From a bacterium (GTDB taxonomy: Bacteria > Babelota > Babeliae > Babelales > CAIQNR01): a stretch of 59,357 bases of DNA. Below the pieces are notes generated by a model. The model was not told the DNA's origin. It saw nothing but the letters and a program-made list of their open reading frames with translations, and searched no databases. The stretch spans positions 1-59,357 of the forward strand of contig CANNMA010000001.1 in assembly GCA_947505805.1 (NCBI GenBank), read 5' to 3'. Made by a program: the position numbers and the translations under genes. Numbering within the stretch: the first letter of the stretch is position 1; every line of letters begins with the position of its first letter. Positions 27,537 to 36,561 of this stretch are shown here, piece by piece.

Positions 27537-27935
27537 TTTTTTAATTCTTTAGCACAAGATGTAGGTATGCCCTCTGCGGGCAGCACCAAAGAGGTTGCTC
27601 ACCCAACCTCTTTGGAAACAAGGGTGCAAACATGCTGTTTGATGGCCTGTCGGCTACAACCTTGCGCCCATTAGGGCGACAACTCAGTTCCGCCTGATAT
27701 CGATTTTTTTATAAAAAAGATATTGTTGTTTTCTGTAAGCGAAACATAAGTAGTTATTCCGTATCAGGATCTCTTGTTTGAGGTCGTAAGCCCGCAGGAG
27801 CTGGACCGAGTTTGATCCGTAAAAAGCGATTAAACAGCATGTTTACACCCTTGTTTCCAAAGAGGTTGGGTGAGCAACCTCTTTGGTGCTGCACGCATAG
27901 TGCGCACCTACTTCTTGTACTAAAGAATTAAAAAA
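27537..27935. repeat. 399-bp GC-rich foldback element with 104-nt inverted arms (candidate MITE or structured-RNA locus)
   Basis: The left arm 27537-27640 is the reverse complement of the right arm 27832-27935 with 8 mismatches by hand alignment. Each arm carries a perfect 12-bp hairpin, CCAAAGAGGTTG-ctcacc-CAACCTCTTTGG, and a short hairpin. No long ORF is present. Confidence 0.75.
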
Positions 27936-28062
27936 CACTTTATCTTGATGGGTAAGATTTTTTTAAGCAACGACTTAAAAAGGATCAAAACTATTGATTT
28001 ACTTTTTGATTCCTTATTACAATTTGTATCCAGTTATCAAAACTTTAAAAAGGAGACTCGAT

Positions 28063-29061
28063 ATGAGTAAAAATAATCTTCTTGTTATAACGGTCCTGCT
28101 TGCGTTAAGTGGACACCTTGTAGGAAGCGATGATGTCAGAAAATCTGGCAAAAAAGAAAAGAAAGACGATGCATCTACTCATGTAACTCATCATAGAAAT
28201 CATCAAACTCGTTTCCATGAACATATTGAAGAAAAAAGACAAAGACGAATTGAGCATGAAAAAGCAAGAAAAGACAGAAACATGTCTGATCAAAACCATC
28301 ATTTGGATACCATAGAACATCACTTGGGAGATGCTTTAGTAGAGCAAAAAGATGCACAAAAAGAATCACGAGAATCATTTAAAAGAGTCAGCGATAAAGA
28401 TCTTAGAAGAGGTCGTCAATCTAAACCTCTCCATCCAGTAACACAAACAAAAAAAGTAACACGGTTGAATGAAGCAAGAAAAGACGTTCAAGAAAAAATA
28501 GCTAAAATTCGCAAAAGACAAGGTGAATTGTCTTCAGATGGGCAAGATCAACTTCGTCGTCAATTAAAACAGGAACATATGCTTGTAGATCGTTTAGATG
28601 CTCAAGTTGAAGCGCAAAGACAAGAAATTAAAGATCTTCAAGATAGGCACTCAACTCTTCGTCATCACGATATGAAAAAAGCAAATCGTCTTGCAGAAGA
28701 TAAAGATCTTCACAATGCAACTAGACTTGATAAGCGTGATGCAGCAACGCATGCTGATACAGATCGTATGCATGTTCGAATGGTTGAATTGGGACAAATT
28801 CGTTCTGATAAAGACATGAGATTGGAAAAAGTGATTGCGGCAAAACGTCAACAACTTGAACCAGTTAAAGCTAAGTTGGAAGACGCAAAAGCAAAAATGC
28901 ATGAAACAGAAGCTAAGTTACTTCTTGATCCTAAAGAAGAAGATAAAGCTGATGCAGCATTAAAAGATGCAAAAGCTGGAGCGGTTCCTGCGCAAAAAGG
29001 TCTCTTTTCAGAACGAGCTCGTCATCTTTCAGCAGCACGTGAAGAATTGAGAATGCTTTAA
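28063..29061 (+). CDS. Signal-peptide, highly charged His/Lys/Arg/Glu/Asp-rich coiled-coil protein
   Basis: The start is trimmed to the ATG at 28063, which follows AAAGGAG (MSKNNLLVITVLLALSGHLVG). The rest is low-complexity charged sequence such as HVTHHRNHQTRFHEHIEEKRQRR. Confidence 0.55.
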   Translation: MSKNNLLVITVLLALSGHLVGSDDVRKSGKKEKKDDASTHVTHHRNHQTRFHEHIEEKRQRRIEHEKARKDRNMSDQNHHLDTIEHHLGDALVEQKDAQKESRESFKRVSDKDLRRGRQSKPLHPVTQTKKVTRLNEARKDVQEKIAKIRKRQGELSSDGQDQLRRQLKQEHMLVDRLDAQVEAQRQEIKDLQDRHSTLRHHDMKKANRLAEDKDLHNATRLDKRDAATHADTDRMHVRMVELGQIRSDKDMRLEKVIAAKRQQLEPVKAKLEDAKAKMHETEAKLLLDPKEEDKADAALKDAKAGAVPAQKGLFSERARHLSAAREELRML

Positions 29062-29100
29062 TAAACAGTATGCTTCTGTTGAAGTGATGCAAGAATTAAA

Positions 29101-29132
29101 AAAGGGCTTTTGGATTTAACCAAAGGCCCTTT
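29101..29132. terminator. Bidirectional hairpin between convergent genes
   Basis: AAAGGGCTTTTGG-atttaa-CCAAAGGCCCTTT. The 13-bp stem has one mismatch. Confidence 0.55.
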
Positions 29133-29154
29133 GTATTTCTAAGAAATCTCTTTT

Positions 29155-31620
29155 TTAAAAATCGTAATATCCTGAAAATTGAACTTCACTGAGTGGTTCA
29201 CCTTTGCGACGATCAAGTTTTAAACCCCAATCAACGCGAATCGGTTGCGGTTCAAGAAGTCGTAGTCCAATTCCAATACACTGTCTAAAGTCAAATGAGT
29301 TATTACGTAAATGATCAGGGCGAATAGAGCGAGAATCAGGAGTATCCCAACCGGAACCACCATCGTAAAAGACTGATCCTTTGATGTTTAAATTTTGAGT
29401 GATAGGAAATACAAGTTCAAAATTTACAAACAGAGCTTTTTTGCCACCGATAGGTTCACCTTGCCATTCATCTGTTATGGTAAGGCCATTTGCAACCCAC
29501 ATAGGACTTATTTGACCAAATCGCCAACCACGAACACTTGCAGGACCACCAATATTAAAGAGTTCGCGATACGGAATTTGATGTTGTCCAAATTGGGTAA
29601 TAACGCCCCAATGCATATGTGCATGGAATACAAGCTGGTAATCGCCAATCACTGAGGTATACCAATGAGCATCTCCTTCTATTTTAAAAAACCCGATGGG
29701 AGTATTAAGACAAGGAATGGCAACTTTTGAAGCGATATCCCATTTATAGCCTTCTGAAATGTGAATATGATGATTTAAGAAGTTTTGACGGATGGTATTT
29801 TGAAGTTGTACAAAATAACCTCCCAAAAACCGTTGATCGAGAATGAGTTGATATTCTGCTTGATCAACTGGGTCAGTGCTTACGGATGCTCTTGGTGGAG
29901 TTCCTAAATAATTAATTTGTTGAAAGCCACAATCGAATAAAAACATGGTGTCATTAAGTTGTTTTGAAACGAATCCTGCATTGACTGATAAACCAATTTG
30001 TTTTTCTCCAACGGTGCTTTTTACTTGTTTGATCTCGTCGTAACTGGTGTGGTTAAAGATTCCATCAATTCCAACACGAATTGGTTCGTCCATGAACCAA
30101 GGATTTGCAAAGCTAAAATTTAATGCTTTTTCTTCAGAACCTATGCGTCCTGTAAGATTTGCATAATATCCCTTTCCAAAAAGGTTTCGATCAATTGCAG
30201 AAACTTCAGCCATCAAACCTGTGTTTGAAGAGTCAAGTCGCGTTGGACTACCACCGTAACTTGTTTTCCATTCAAAACGACCTGTTTTAACTTCTTTAAC
30301 AAGAAGGTCAAGGTCAGCAGTATCATCACTCAGGCGATTGATTTTCCAGTTAACACCTTCTTTTAGATCAAAAAATCCAAGTTGAGCAACACGAGCTTTT
30401 GAAGCTTCCATGTGTGGTGTTGTTAGTAAATCACCTTCTTCGATAATAAGTTGGCGTCGAATAACTTTATCTCGAGCTTTTTCATTACCGAAAATATTTA
30501 TTTTGTTAACGTGAACGGTATTTCCAGGGTGTGAGTAAAAATGTATTGAGACTGTCTTTTTTTCTTCATCAGGTTCTATAGCAGGGTCAATATCGGCATA
30601 AATATAGCCCTTTGATCCCCAGAGCATCCGCAGTTGTTCAATTGAAATTCGAATGAGTTCGCGTGAATAGAGTTGTCCGACTTTAATAGGAACAACATCA
30701 AGTAAATCACTTTCAGTAAGTGGATCACTTGCTGGAGCATTAATGCTTGATATTGTGTAAAGATCACCTTCTTCAATGTTAAAAACAACCGTAATGTCTT
30801 TCTTTTTTTCATCAAAGTTGATGTCTGCGGTTGGAACTTTAGCGTTCAAGTAACCATTACTTTGGTAGAACTTTTCAAGTGTTTCTCTGTCTTGTTCGAT
30901 AGCAAGAGGGTTATAGGTTCCGGCCCTATCAATAACTCCCAAGATCCAATCTTCTTGTGTGAACAAAAGAGAACGCAGTTTTTTGCTACCAAAATGTTTG
31001 TTTCCTGAAAAGCGTACTTTTTTAACAAGTCCCATAGGACCTTCATCTATGATAAAAGTAGCAATTCCCTTTTCGTCTTCCATAACGAGTTCTGAAGTTA
31101 TTTTTGCAAAGTGGTGGTTTTTTTCTGCGTAATATTGTTCTAATGCATGAGCATATTTGGCAAGTTCCCGTTCTTCGGCTGCAATAATATCTCCAAGTTT
31201 TTTCTTAAGAGCTTTTGTTTCAACGTTTTTATTTCCTTTGAAGACAATTTCTTTAAGAGGAGTTTTTTCTTCTAAAACAACATAAAGATCAACAGTCTTT
31301 TCATCAATATCGACTGTCTGAAACGAAATTTGTTTAAAATACCCAAGATCATAGATGTTACGTATTGCACTACTGGTTGGAAATTTATCAAATAAGTCTC
31401 CTGATTCAAACGGGACTTTGCTTAAAATAGTGTCTTCAGGAAGAAGGCTGAGCCCTTGGACGATTATATGCCGTATATATTTTTTTTCTTCTTCGTCATC
31501 ATTATTTTGAGAAGAATGAGCTGTTTGTGAAGGGTAATTTCCGGCAGCGGACATGAATGATAGATGTAAAGTACTGCTCAGTAACAAGAGACATAAAAAA
31601 CTGTTTTTTTTTGGCGACAT
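29155..31620 (-). CDS. bamA: Outer-membrane protein assembly factor BamA (Omp85)
   Basis: 821 aa. It has a signal peptide, repeated POTRA-like modules (IRHIIVQGLS.., IKEIVFKGNK.., VKKVRFSGNK.., VNKINIFGNE..), and a C-terminal barrel ending in QFSGYYDF. Confidence 0.85.
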   Translation of the reverse strand: MSPKKNSFLCLLLLSSTLHLSFMSAAGNYPSQTAHSSQNNDDEEEKKYIRHIIVQGLSLLPEDTILSKVPFESGDLFDKFPTSSAIRNIYDLGYFKQISFQTVDIDEKTVDLYVVLEEKTPLKEIVFKGNKNVETKALKKKLGDIIAAEERELAKYAHALEQYYAEKNHHFAKITSELVMEDEKGIATFIIDEGPMGLVKKVRFSGNKHFGSKKLRSLLFTQEDWILGVIDRAGTYNPLAIEQDRETLEKFYQSNGYLNAKVPTADINFDEKKKDITVVFNIEEGDLYTISSINAPASDPLTESDLLDVVPIKVGQLYSRELIRISIEQLRMLWGSKGYIYADIDPAIEPDEEKKTVSIHFYSHPGNTVHVNKINIFGNEKARDKVIRRQLIIEEGDLLTTPHMEASKARVAQLGFFDLKEGVNWKINRLSDDTADLDLLVKEVKTGRFEWKTSYGGSPTRLDSSNTGLMAEVSAIDRNLFGKGYYANLTGRIGSEEKALNFSFANPWFMDEPIRVGIDGIFNHTSYDEIKQVKSTVGEKQIGLSVNAGFVSKQLNDTMFLFDCGFQQINYLGTPPRASVSTDPVDQAEYQLILDQRFLGGYFVQLQNTIRQNFLNHHIHISEGYKWDIASKVAIPCLNTPIGFFKIEGDAHWYTSVIGDYQLVFHAHMHWGVITQFGQHQIPYRELFNIGGPASVRGWRFGQISPMWVANGLTITDEWQGEPIGGKKALFVNFELVFPITQNLNIKGSVFYDGGSGWDTPDSRSIRPDHLRNNSFDFRQCIGIGLRLLEPQPIRVDWGLKLDRRKGEPLSEVQFSGYYDF

Positions 31621-31772
31621 CCGTGACTCCTACGCAGAGTGCAATGGTTTAGTATTTTTCCGATTCCATGATAAAATAAGCAAACATGATACTATGTTTT
31701 GAGAATTTAGCCAGCTTAGTTGAGCTCAGAATCAACGACTTTTTGTTGGCATGCTAAGAGAGGGCCTAATCG

Positions 31773-33116
31773 ATGTTAACGGTAACCAATAGTTTGACTA
31801 GGAAAAAGGAACAGTTCACCCCGATAACCCCAAAAAAGGTGAATTTATATGTATGTGGAATTACTCCCTATGACTATGCCCATATTGGCCATGGTCGTTG
31901 TTATGTGACATTTGATCTTCTGTATAGTTATCTGCGTTTGCATGGATATGATGTTCGCTACTGCCGAAATTTTACTGATATTGATGATAAGTTGATTCAG
32001 AAGGCTGAAAAAGAATATGGAGATAAGCATCGTTATACTGAAGTTGCTCAAAAATACATAGATGCATTTCATGAAGATATGGAATCGCTTTTGTGTCTTA
32101 AGCCTGATGTAGAACCTCGAGTAACTGAATCAATGCCATCGATCATTAGTTTTATAGAAGGTCTTATTGAAAAAGGATATGCCTACGTAGTTGATGGTGA
32201 TGTGTATTATCGAGTGAGAAAGTTTGCTGAGTATGGAAAGCTTTCTAATCGCTCTTTGGATGATCTTGAAGTTGGTGCGCGCGTTGAACGTAATGATAAG
32301 AAAGAAGATCCTCTTGATTTTGCATTATGGAAACATGAAACCGATAAAAATTTTTGGAAGAGCCCTTGGGGGCATGGTCGTCCAGGCTGGCATATTGAAT
32401 GTTCTGCTATGGCACGAGATCATTTAGGTGATCATATTGATATTCATGGTGGAGGCATGGACTTGCTTTTTCCTCATCATGAAAATGAAATTGCCCAATC
32501 AGAAGCTCTTTTGGGTGGTACTTTTTCTCAGATTTGGATGCACAATGCGTTTGTTCGTATCAATCAAGAAAAGATGTCAAAATCGCTTGATAATTTTTTT
32601 ACGTTGCGTGATGTTTTTAAAAAATATAATCCGATGGTCGTTCGATTTTATTATTTACAGCATCATTATCGTAGTCCGCTCGATTTTTCATTTGAAGGAT
32701 TGGATTCTGCAGAAAAGGCATATCGTAAATTATGTAAACAGTATGTTGCTCATGATGCTGATAGTGGAATAAATCTTGATACGTATCTTGAACAGATACA
32801 GTCAAATGTTTTTTTTAAGTCTCTTGTAAGCTTTGTGGCTGATGATCTTAATACGGTCGGATCATTAGGGGTATTGTTTGAAAATCGTTCGTTAGATACT
32901 GAATCTGTGGCTGCTGGAAGATTTTTTATGCAGTATGTTTTGGGTCTTTCTTTAGAACCGCTTCCTGAAAAAACTGTTGAAATAACTTCTGAGATTCAAT
33001 TTCTTCTTGACGAGCGAGAAGCTGCTCGTATTGCAAAAAATTGGGCATTAGCAGATGCTTTGCGCGATCAACTTACTGCTCTTGGCTTTGAAGTTCAGGA
33101 TAAGAAAAAAAGCTAA
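31773..33116 (+). CDS. cysS: Cysteinyl-tRNA synthetase
   Basis: CGITPYDYAHIGHGR (HIGH motif), KMSKS, and WHIECSAM, the zinc/cysteine-site motif. Confidence 0.95.
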   Translation: MLTVTNSLTRKKEQFTPITPKKVNLYVCGITPYDYAHIGHGRCYVTFDLLYSYLRLHGYDVRYCRNFTDIDDKLIQKAEKEYGDKHRYTEVAQKYIDAFHEDMESLLCLKPDVEPRVTESMPSIISFIEGLIEKGYAYVVDGDVYYRVRKFAEYGKLSNRSLDDLEVGARVERNDKKEDPLDFALWKHETDKNFWKSPWGHGRPGWHIECSAMARDHLGDHIDIHGGGMDLLFPHHENEIAQSEALLGGTFSQIWMHNAFVRINQEKMSKSLDNFFTLRDVFKKYNPMVVRFYYLQHHYRSPLDFSFEGLDSAEKAYRKLCKQYVAHDADSGINLDTYLEQIQSNVFFKSLVSFVADDLNTVGSLGVLFENRSLDTESVAAGRFFMQYVLGLSLEPLPEKTVEITSEIQFLLDEREAARIAKNWALADALRDQLTALGFEVQDKKKS

Positions 33117-33145
33117 GCATATTCGCTGTAGTTTTAATGTATTTT

Positions 33146-33190
33146 AATAACTCTTAAAAGATATCGTTATTTTTTAAGAGTTATTTTTTT
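33146..33190 (+). terminator. Intrinsic terminator after cysS
   Basis: AATAACTCTTAAAA (33146-33159) pairs with TTTTAAGAGTTATT (33172-33185), followed by a T-run. Confidence 0.6.
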
Positions 33191-33307
33191 AGTTGAAAAG
33201 TATAGAGAGAATATTTTATGAACATTGTTAGTGTGTCTTTTATTACAATCAACACAAAAAAATTTGAAAACAGTGTTGATTAAAAACTTCGAAAGGAAGT
33301 TAAGAAT

Positions 33308-33898
33308 ATGAAAAAAACAATGTTTGTGCTCTCTCTTTTTTTAGCTCCAATGGCTCTGATTTCTGCAGGTTCTGATGAATATTTGGAATTAGATTTGGTT
33401 CCTCAAGATGCTGGTTATATAGATTTAGATGGTGATTTATATTTGGAAATAGAAGTCGATTCAAATGGAGAGGATCAAGGTGCCGTTGGTACTCAGGATT
33501 ATCTTCCGATGGGTGCTGAAGGGGAAGGGTATGTGCTGATGGATGATGCAAATCCGTTAGATCAATCTCTTGTTGATCAATTTAATTTAGAATTTACTGA
33601 AGATAAAATTGTTAAAATTAAAGAGATTATGGCAAAGGTAAAAGGACGTGTTTGGGGATTTAAGCATGATGCCCATGAAACATTAACAGTTGATGAGCTT
33701 GTATTATTAAAGCTTTTTTCAGAAAAAAGAGATTTGGATGCTCAGCATGGCAAACTAAAAAAAGAAGTTTCTAAGTTTGTTGAAACATGGCCTGAAAATC
33801 ATATTAATAGACGAGTACAAAAAGATAAAACATCTAGACGTCAAAGCCGTTTTGCGGTTAAAAAAAACAAAGAAAAAGAAAGCAAATCTAAGCCATAA
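33308..33898 (+). CDS. Secreted acidic/basic bipartite hypothetical protein
   Basis: 196 aa. N-terminus MKKTMFVLSLFLAPMALISAG, an acidic D/E/G-rich N-terminal half, and a Lys-rich C-terminus. Confidence 0.5.
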   Translation: MKKTMFVLSLFLAPMALISAGSDEYLELDLVPQDAGYIDLDGDLYLEIEVDSNGEDQGAVGTQDYLPMGAEGEGYVLMDDANPLDQSLVDQFNLEFTEDKIVKIKEIMAKVKGRVWGFKHDAHETLTVDELVLLKLFSEKRDLDAQHGKLKKEVSKFVETWPENHINRRVQKDKTSRRQSRFAVKKNKEKESKSKP

Positions 33899-33922
33899 GT
33901 TAATAAAATAGTAAATAAAAAA

Positions 33923-33957
33923 AGGTCCGAAATTTAAAAAATCTCGGACCTTTTTTT
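33923..33957. terminator. Bidirectional intrinsic terminator
   Basis: AGGTCCGA-aatttaaaaaatc-TCGGACCT, flanked by an A-run and T7, between convergent genes. Confidence 0.6.
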
Positions 33958-33989
33958 ATTATAAAACTTAAACATTTTAAAATGTAATG

Positions 33990-34427
33990 TTAAGAAAAAA
34001 TTGCTTTTTTAAGTTGGTCTTCTGTTTGAGATCCAATCAGTTGTTTGTCTAAAACTCCTTTTTTAAAGACCAAAAAAGAAGGGATTTTATTTGTTTCAAC
34101 AGGATGGTCGGTTGTTATTTTTTTGCATAGTTCTGATTTTTTATTAAAAGAGGGCCCGATATCAAGGTAGGCATACAGTACATTTTGATCATTCATAGAA
34201 CGACCTATTTTTTCGAACAGTGGTTTTATATTATTACAGTAAGGGCACCATTGTGCAGTTACCATTATAACTGTACAGTCGGCTTCCATTGCTTTGTTAT
34301 AATCAATCTCTGTCGTAATTTCTAAAAATGGATTTTGTGGAGTATGTTTTAGAGAATTATTTTTTTTCGATGAAGCGTCAATGTGAAAATGTAACAGTAA
34401 CAGAGATGCGAGTAGACAGCGATTCAT
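33990..34427 (-). CDS. Exported thioredoxin-fold protein with a CPYC active site
   Basis: 145 aa. Signal peptide MNRCLLASLLLLHFHIDA, then VTAQWCPYCNNIKP. Confidence 0.65.
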   Translation of the reverse strand: MNRCLLASLLLLHFHIDASSKKNNSLKHTPQNPFLEITTEIDYNKAMEADCTVIMVTAQWCPYCNNIKPLFEKIGRSMNDQNVLYAYLDIGPSFNKKSELCKKITTDHPVETNKIPSFLVFKKGVLDKQLIGSQTEDQLKKAIFS

Positions 34428-34444
34428 GATTCCCTCAATTTATA

Positions 34445-34768
34445 TTAAAGACCTATAAAATCTTCGATTTTTTTACGTAAATCTTCTTTGTTCATGTAGC
34501 CAGTTTCTTTGTGGCGGATTTCACCATTTTTTATGAAAATGAATGTTGGAACAGAAGTAACTCCATATTGAATTGAAAGCTCACGGCATTCATCAACATT
34601 TAATTTTGCAAATTTACAGTTGTCGCCAAGTTCTTTTTCTAGTTGATCAAAAATGGGATTCATTTGTTGGCATGGACCGCACCAGGTTGCATAGACGTCT
34701 ATAATGATAGGAAGAGCTGTTTCATTAACTTCTTTTGAAACATTTTCTTTAGTAATTACGATGGCCAT
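34445..34768 (-). CDS. trxA: Thioredoxin
   Basis: 107 aa. IIDVYATWCGPCQQMNP and TSVPTFIFIKNGE. Confidence 0.85.
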   Translation of the reverse strand: MAIVITKENVSKEVNETALPIIIDVYATWCGPCQQMNPIFDQLEKELGDNCKFAKLNVDECRELSIQYGVTSVPTFIFIKNGEIRHKETGYMNKEDLRKKIEDFIGL

Positions 34769-34876
34769 GAGGATCCTTTTGGTAAGAAATAATTTTTCAA
34801 TTTTTGCATTTATTTAAGATAGCTGATGCGATGAAAAAAGCTATGAACCAGTAACTGATTTACAGAAATAATTTTT

Positions 34877-35491
34877 TTATGAAAAAAGATTTTGAACATA
34901 CAAAAGAAAGCCTTTTCTTTTTGAATTATACGTTGATGAAGCGGTTTTTTTCGGTTTGTTTTTAGAATCTTGATCAGAATTATTTTGTTTATAACCTTCA
35001 AGTTGTATTGTTTTGACGGCGCTCATCATGATTTCTTTTTTAATTGGTCCAGCAGGATTTACTTCTTCACACGTTAATTTTTTATTGCTTTCAATAATGT
35101 ATTCATTTTTGATTTGTGACTCAGAAGAATCAGAGGGCATTTTTGAGTAAACACATATTGTTATATAGTCACGATTACGATATTTTTGAGATTTTTGATT
35201 AACGTCAACAGTGACCTTATCTATTTCAGCAAGATCAAGCAGTGTTATATTTACTGATGGGTCGTATGTTTCAGGAGCTACAGAACTAGGAGCAACTTGA
35301 TAGACAGGGACCTGTTTATACAGTCTTTCTAAGGTTATGTTTTCGGCTTTAAAAGATTTATCAGAACCGTCGGTTATTGTTCCATAAAAATTAACGACCG
35401 GTTTATTATTGCCATTACTGCTGTCCTGACTAAAATTGGCAAGCAGTAAAAAACTGGCAGATGCGAGGGCAAGGTGGATATTTTTTTTCAT
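34877..35491 (-). CDS. Secreted hypothetical protein
   Basis: The start is trimmed to the ATG at 35491 (MKKNIHLALASASFLLLANFS). I recognise no motif. Confidence 0.5.
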   Translation of the reverse strand: MKKNIHLALASASFLLLANFSQDSSNGNNKPVVNFYGTITDGSDKSFKAENITLERLYKQVPVYQVAPSSVAPETYDPSVNITLLDLAEIDKVTVDVNQKSQKYRNRDYITICVYSKMPSDSSESQIKNEYIIESNKKLTCEEVNPAGPIKKEIMMSAVKTIQLEGYKQNNSDQDSKNKPKKTASSTYNSKRKGFLLYVQNLFS

Positions 35492-35778
35492 ACGATTACT
35501 CCTTAAAGGTTTTAAAACCATAGTTCACCATAGCTTTGTGCAAAGGTGGAATGTTATCACGATAAATGATCGTATTTGTTGTACTACACCAGGACACTAG
35601 GCGCAAGCTTCTTGCTTTAAAGAGAGAACGATAGGTTAGAAAACTGGCTTGGAGAGAAAAGAAATCTGACAAAAATTTATTTTCTGAGCTTAAAACAGCT
35701 ATAAAGGGCGACTTGCAGCCATTTTAAAAGCAGTTACACTTAGAAAGTATAGTAATTTTTTAAAAGAAAGGACTTTCT

Positions 35779-36465
35779 ATGATACATAATTATACTATGC
35801 CAACTTCAGCTCGTGACTTTATGTATAAGGTCTATGGATGGATGTCAGTTGCGTTAGCTGCGACTGCCGCTATTGCCTATTATATTGGCTCAACTCCTGC
35901 GATGTATACTCCTATTTTGCAAAATAAAATCTTATTTTTTGGAATTATGATTGCTCAATTGGCAATTGTTGTTTTTCTACAATGGAAGATTAAAAGCCTG
36001 ACATACACAGAAGCAGTTATTGCTTTTTTAAGCTATGCAGCTTTGACAGGGATTACTCTTTCAACAATTTTCTTGGTCTATACTATGGCTTCGATTTATA
36101 CCGCTTTCTTGATCACAGCAGGTCTTTTTGCGATTATGTCCGCTTATGGGTATCTGACTAATGCAGATTTGAGTAGCATGGGTAGTTTTTTAGTCATGGG
36201 ACTTTTTGGAATCATACTTGCGATGTTTGTAAATATGTGGTTTCAGAGCCCTCTAGCGAATTATTATATTTCCTTGGTGGCAGTTGGTATTTTTACCCTG
36301 TTGACTGCGTATGATGTTCAAAAATTAAAACGTCTTGCAGAATCGATGATGGTCGATCCTGAAACAAAACAAAAAATGGCAATTATTGGTGCTTTAACTC
36401 TTTACCTAGATTTTATTAACTTGTTTTTGAATCTTCTTCAGGTAATGGGTAAAAAGCGTGACTAA
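35779..36465 (+). CDS. BAX inhibitor-1/YccA-family membrane protein
   Basis: About seven TM segments and the family-typical LLTAYDVQKLK motif near the C-terminus. Confidence 0.75.
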   Translation: MIHNYTMPTSARDFMYKVYGWMSVALAATAAIAYYIGSTPAMYTPILQNKILFFGIMIAQLAIVVFLQWKIKSLTYTEAVIAFLSYAALTGITLSTIFLVYTMASIYTAFLITAGLFAIMSAYGYLTNADLSSMGSFLVMGLFGIILAMFVNMWFQSPLANYYISLVAVGIFTLLTAYDVQKLKRLAESMMVDPETKQKMAIIGALTLYLDFINLFLNLLQVMGKKRD

Positions 36466-36500
36466 GTAATAAAACAATACATTTTATATAAATATTAAAA

Positions 36501-36529
36501 AGTGAGGGCTTCACGGCTCTCACTTTTTT
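36501..36529 (+). terminator. Intrinsic terminator
   Basis: AGTGAG-ggcttcacggct-CTCACT followed by T6. Confidence 0.5.
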
Positions 36530-36561
36530 CATTCACATAAAGATAAGCGGGTAGGTACATA

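Noticed and set aside
27567-27674. 35-codon Cys-rich ORF (MPSAGSTKEVAHPTSLETRVQTCCLMACRLQPCAH) inside the left arm of the foldback element
   Set aside because: It has no SD. The equivalent frame in the right arm lacks the ATG and is closed by a stop created by one of the arm mismatches (CAA to TAA). The conservation fits nucleic-acid structure better than coding.
27537-27935. Foldback element as RNase P RNA, tmRNA, SRP RNA or 6S RNA
   Set aside because: I could not find the GAGGAAAGTCC / ACAGAA-type RNase P blocks, a tRNA-like acceptor/T-arm with CCA for tmRNA, or the GGAAGCAGCC-type SRP motif. The length and strict two-fold symmetry also do not fit. A formal Rfam scan is still needed.
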